From the IMG/VR virus record IMGVR_UViG_651053023_000007: 20,000 nt of DNA. One strand, 5' to 3'. Position numbers and translations under genes: made by a program. A model generated the notes under the pieces. That model saw nothing but the letters and a program-made list of their open reading frames with translations, was not told the origin of the DNA and ran no database searches. The DNA is from an uncultured virus (IMG/VR IMGVR_UViG_651053023_000007) (lineage: Duplodnaviria > Heunggongvirae > Uroviricota > Caudoviricetes). Positions 16,922 to 20,000 of the stretch are shown one piece after another. Each line of letters opens with the position of its first letter. Position 1 is the stretch's first letter.

Positions 16922-18000
16922 ATGAATATCAGCCGGATTTCAGCCTGACAGCGGAAGGCCAGGATATCACGAAGGCCCTGAAACGGGGGCTGGCTGAACT
17001 GCGATATACCGATAATGGTGCAGCCACAAAGCGGTCCGATGAACTGATGATAACGCTGTTCAGCGAGACGCTGGCGTTACCACCGAAAGGCGCGGTGCTA
17101 ACGCTGGGACTGGGGTTCAACGGAAATCTGGTCAATAAAGGCAGTTTTACCGTCTGTCAGGTGGCAAGCGGTGGTCCTCCCCGCCGGCTCACCATTTATG
17201 CCACCGCAGCCCCCATGAATGCGTCAAAACATGGCGCAGACGTGACCGCACTGAAAACCCGGGCTTTCAGCGATATCACACTGGGCGACCTGGTGAACAC
17301 CATCGCCACTGAAAATAATCTGGTGGCGCGCGTCTCATCGGTGCTTGCTGATATTCATATCCCGTGGGTGATGCAGTCATCAGAATCTGATGCTGCCCTC
17401 TTGTCCCGCATTGCAGGTATGTACGGCGCCACCAGTAAACCGACCAATGGCTACTGGTTATTTCTGGAATACGGGGCATCACAGAGTACGGGGGGCAGAA
17501 ATGCGCCTGAGATAACCATTACACCGGGTATGGTATCAGACTGGGATTATCGTGAAGGTGAGCGACAGGGCGCTGCGGGTGGTGCGAAGGGGGATAAAAA
17601 GAGCGGGAAAGTTGGGGTCCGGTATTTTGATGCCCGTGACGGACGCACACGTGAAGTTAAAGTTGACGTGGAGTCAACAGATAAGCGGCATCCGTTTACC
17701 CAGCCTGACCAGGGCACCGCAAAACACTGTGCAGAGTCGAAGGTTAAACGTGTGCAGAAAGTCGGACGCCAGATGACGATAACGTTGCCCTGCAGGCCGG
17801 AACTGCTGAAAGCAGGGGCGGAGATGCGTTTTGTCACGCAGGGATTTGGTGTGCGTGAGGACCATCACTGGCAGGCTGAGTCTGTGGAGTTTTCACTGGT
17901 ACCGGGACAGGGATTTACGCTGAATCTGTCACTGACCACGGATATTTCTGCAAAGGGGAAAGCCAGTGGCAAGAAAAAAGGCGTCAATTATTTTGGTTAA
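16912..18000 (+). CDS. P2 gpD-family baseplate hub (late control D)
   Basis: 'PDFSLTAEGQDIT', 'LRYTDNG...SDEL.ITL', 'LPPKGAVLTLGLG...LVNKGSFTV' and 'QSSESDAALLSRIA'. Confidence 0.92.
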   Translation: MGLNEYQPDFSLTAEGQDITKALKRGLAELRYTDNGAATKRSDELMITLFSETLALPPKGAVLTLGLGFNGNLVNKGSFTVCQVASGGPPRRLTIYATAAPMNASKHGADVTALKTRAFSDITLGDLVNTIATENNLVARVSSVLADIHIPWVMQSSESDAALLSRIAGMYGATSKPTNGYWLFLEYGASQSTGGRNAPEITITPGMVSDWDYREGERQGAAGGAKGDKKSGKVGVRYFDARDGRTREVKVDVESTDKRHPFTQPDQGTAKHCAESKVKRVQKVGRQMTITLPCRPELLKAGAEMRFVTQGFGVREDHHWQAESVEFSLVPGQGFTLNLSLTTDISAKGKASGKKKGVNYFG

Positions 18001-18024
18001 TGTTTTCTGAATCAGGAAATAAAC

Positions 18025-19428
18025 ATGTCTGTATTAATTTCGGGTGTGCTGACGGATGGTGCGGGACTCCCCATGTCCGGATACCATATTATTCTGAAAG
18101 CCCGACAGAATACATCCGCAGTGGTCATGAGAACGGTGGCAACAGTGGTGACGGGGCCGGCAGGAGAATATGCATTTGAGGCTCAGACCGGAAGATATGA
18201 CGTTTATCTTCGGTCATGTATTGAAAGAGAATATTGTGTCGGTGATATTTCGGTTTACGACGATTCAAAGCACGGCACGCTGAACGACTTCCTGACCGCT
18301 CTCGATGAAGGCGACCTGAAGCCAGATGTTGTTAAGCGGTTCGAAGAACTGGTGGTGCAGGCGCAGCAGAGCGCGGAAGCGGCAGCGGAAAGCGAACGAC
18401 AGGCAGGGCAACATGCTGAAGCGGCAGCTCTGATAAAAGAGCAGGTTGAAACGCTGGCAGATAATGTTCAGCAGAATACAAATGCTGTGGAGGAAAACAC
18501 GCAGCGCGTTGAACAGCTGGCCTCGCAGGTTGAGGATACCGCCGAAGAAGTCAGGCAGGATGCTGAAGCCGCCAAACAGGCCGCATCCGATGCAGAGCAG
18601 GCCAGAGATGATATTGATGTTGCGTTATCTGCAACGCTGAAAACGGCGAATCACCTGTCAGAAATTGCAGCAGAGGGGGAAGATGCTCAGCAGGAATCCC
18701 GAGACAATCTGGGGTTGAAAAGTGCTGCAACGATGGATGTACAAACAGACATTTACAACCGAACTGAAGGTTGTGTGGCACTTCCGGGAGCTTTCGGTTA
18801 TGGCGCGTATCCCACACAACGTAAGGAGTTTGATAAATACGCGACATCAGCAACATTTGCTTCTTGGGTACAGACCACTCCCCCGGGGCGCTATCTTGTC
18901 GTTCAATATGGTGGCCCATATTCCAAGGACATTATAGAAGGGGTTGTTTTTAGCGGAGAGGTAGAGATAAAAATGCTGGAAACAGCAACGCATGAAAATC
19001 AAAACAGGCGCGATAAGTTTGTCATTTTTAACGGGGTTAATCAGGACGTGTATTGTTGTGAGGTCAGGGCGGACAGTACGAACATACGCTGGACATGCCT
19101 GAGTCAAAACTTAACCGCGATAGATGGTGCGAGATGGCTGTATAACATAGCTGGCCCGTGGTACGACGTACCATTCAGAGATGTGGCAGTTGGCGGCTTA
19201 ACTCAGGCCGCGTACCGTGCAGCAAATACTGATGAATATACGATAAAACGTGGTGACAGCGTAAGCGGCAGCACTCTGATTCCCTGCGCTGTTATAGTGT
19301 CGAATGACGGAGCACCACGGTATGTGCTGGATACTGGACGCCACTTTTCGGGAGCCTATGTCTCTCTGGGCAACAGCACTCAGGCGACCAGCGATTTTAT
19401 TTTCGGTCTGTTTGTGAGAGTTTCCTGA
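18025..19428 (+). CDS. Tail fibre 4: Phage_tail_N domain, coiled coil, variable C-terminus
   Basis: 'MSVLISGVLTDGAGLPM...ILKARQNTSAVV...GDISVYDDSKHGTLNDFL'. Paralogue of 8162-9778. SD AGGA. Confidence 0.88.
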   Translation: MSVLISGVLTDGAGLPMSGYHIILKARQNTSAVVMRTVATVVTGPAGEYAFEAQTGRYDVYLRSCIEREYCVGDISVYDDSKHGTLNDFLTALDEGDLKPDVVKRFEELVVQAQQSAEAAAESERQAGQHAEAAALIKEQVETLADNVQQNTNAVEENTQRVEQLASQVEDTAEEVRQDAEAAKQAASDAEQARDDIDVALSATLKTANHLSEIAAEGEDAQQESRDNLGLKSAATMDVQTDIYNRTEGCVALPGAFGYGAYPTQRKEFDKYATSATFASWVQTTPPGRYLVVQYGGPYSKDIIEGVVFSGEVEIKMLETATHENQNRRDKFVIFNGVNQDVYCCEVRADSTNIRWTCLSQNLTAIDGARWLYNIAGPWYDVPFRDVAVGGLTQAAYRAANTDEYTIKRGDSVSGSTLIPCAVIVSNDGAPRYVLDTGRHFSGAYVSLGNSTQATSDFIFGLFVRVS

Positions 19429-20000
19429 TGAATGGGATAAAAATAAAAGAAATCAAAAACGCCCGCAGGCTGGAGAATGGCGCAATTGACTGTGAAGTGT
19501 TATTTGAGGGGATGAAAGATTTCATCCCCTACACATCTACACCAGAAGACACAGCAACAACAGGCCAGCAAATTTGGCAGGAGCTGCAAAGCGGTAAATG
19601 GGGGGATATAGCCCCGTTCACTGTATCACCTGAAATGCTGGAAGCAGCAAAAGCCGCCAAACGCCAGGAAATCGAAGCATGGCGCACAGAACAGGAGGCG
19701 CAGCCGTTCACGTTCGAATGGAACGGTCGTACCTGGAATGGTGGTGCAGACTCAATAAGTCGTATTGCGCCCGTGGCAATGGCGACAAAGGTTGCAGGTA
19801 CGCGGTCAACGCTGGGATGGGGGGATGCAGCAAATAACCTTGTCACTCTGACAATGGCACAGCTTCAGGAGCTGGCGGCAGCAATGGCGCAGGCTCAGGT
19901 CGATCGCAATGACGAGATTTATCGCCGTCAGCGTGAAATGAAAGAGGATCTGAACAATCTGGAGGATTTGGGTTCAATCCGAGCGTTTGGTATTGGCTAA
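19428..20000 (+). CDS. DUF4376-type tail fibre assembly protein
   Basis: Clear paralogue of 9778-10347, with a 44 bp identical block (9880-9923 = 19539-19582). TGATG coupling to the fibre gene. Stop TAA at the last bases of the window. Confidence 0.82.
   Translation: MNGIKIKEIKNARRLENGAIDCEVLFEGMKDFIPYTSTPEDTATTGQQIWQELQSGKWGDIAPFTVSPEMLEAAKAAKRQEIEAWRTEQEAQPFTFEWNGRTWNGGADSISRIAPVAMATKVAGTRSTLGWGDAANNLVTLTMAQLQELAAAMAQAQVDRNDEIYRRQREMKEDLNNLEDLGSIRAFGIG

Larger units (their letters stand above)
10430..20000 (+). mobile_element. Second contractile-tail cluster (P2/R-pyocin-type), prophage or tailocin, interrupted at its fibre gene
   Basis: Order fibre-chaperone-sheath-tube-E/E'-tape measure-U-X-D. 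No own V/W/J/I baseplate genes in the window. Continues to the window end. Confidence 0.8.

Noticed and set aside
12110..18000. T6SS or eCIS (Afp/PVC) locus
   Set aside because: The proteins are P2-type FI/FII/E/T/U/X/D. No TssJLM/ClpV, Afp-type ATPase or toxin cargo genes are seen.
18700..18722. Second gix-like site at 'RDNLGLK' in fibre 4
   Set aside because: The protein motif NLGL is present, but the DNA (GACAATCTGGGGTTG) lacks the AAACC..GGTTT symmetry.
8162..19428. Diversity-generating retroelement acting on the duplicated fibres
   Set aside because: No reverse transcriptase in the window. The shared blocks lie in the stalk rather than at the 3' end, and the differences are not adenine-specific.
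465..19846. Numerous minus-strand and alternate-frame ORFs (e.g. 4281-4787, 12064-12609, 15443-15991)
   Set aside because: All overlap well-supported + strand phage genes and look like antisense shadows without recognisable motifs.

Overview
The window is entirely phage tail morphogenesis DNA, with all real genes on the + strand. It looks enterobacterial from the protein families. It holds two different contractile-tail modules joined at a short junction. (A) <1-10429 is the distal half of a Mu-like transposable prophage: tape measure, gp43 DNA-circularisation-domain protein, gp44 hub, gp45 spike, gp46, gp47/J and gp48. These are followed by a short lambda-Stf/T4-gp37-tip fibre with a Tfa chaperone, then an extra Phage_tail_N fibre with a DUF4376-type chaperone. 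(B) 10430->20000 is a P2/R-pyocin-type tail cluster: an N-terminally truncated gpH-type fibre, gpG/Mu-U chaperone, sheath, tube, E/E' with a -1 frameshift signal, tape measure, U, X, D, and a second Phage_tail_N fibre plus DUF4376-type pair. The junction (10348-10429) has three GTCCAGAA-core repeats, two direct at 22 bp spacing and one inverted, and ends in ...TACA. This matches the R1/R2/R3 layout of a Mu-type right end. The best reading is a transposable phage inserted inside the tail-fibre gene of another prophage or tailocin, with a predicted 5-bp target duplication GATGA. The two elements share a near-identical side-fibre cassette with divergent tips. All family assignments come from recalled sequence motifs and gene order, not database searches.
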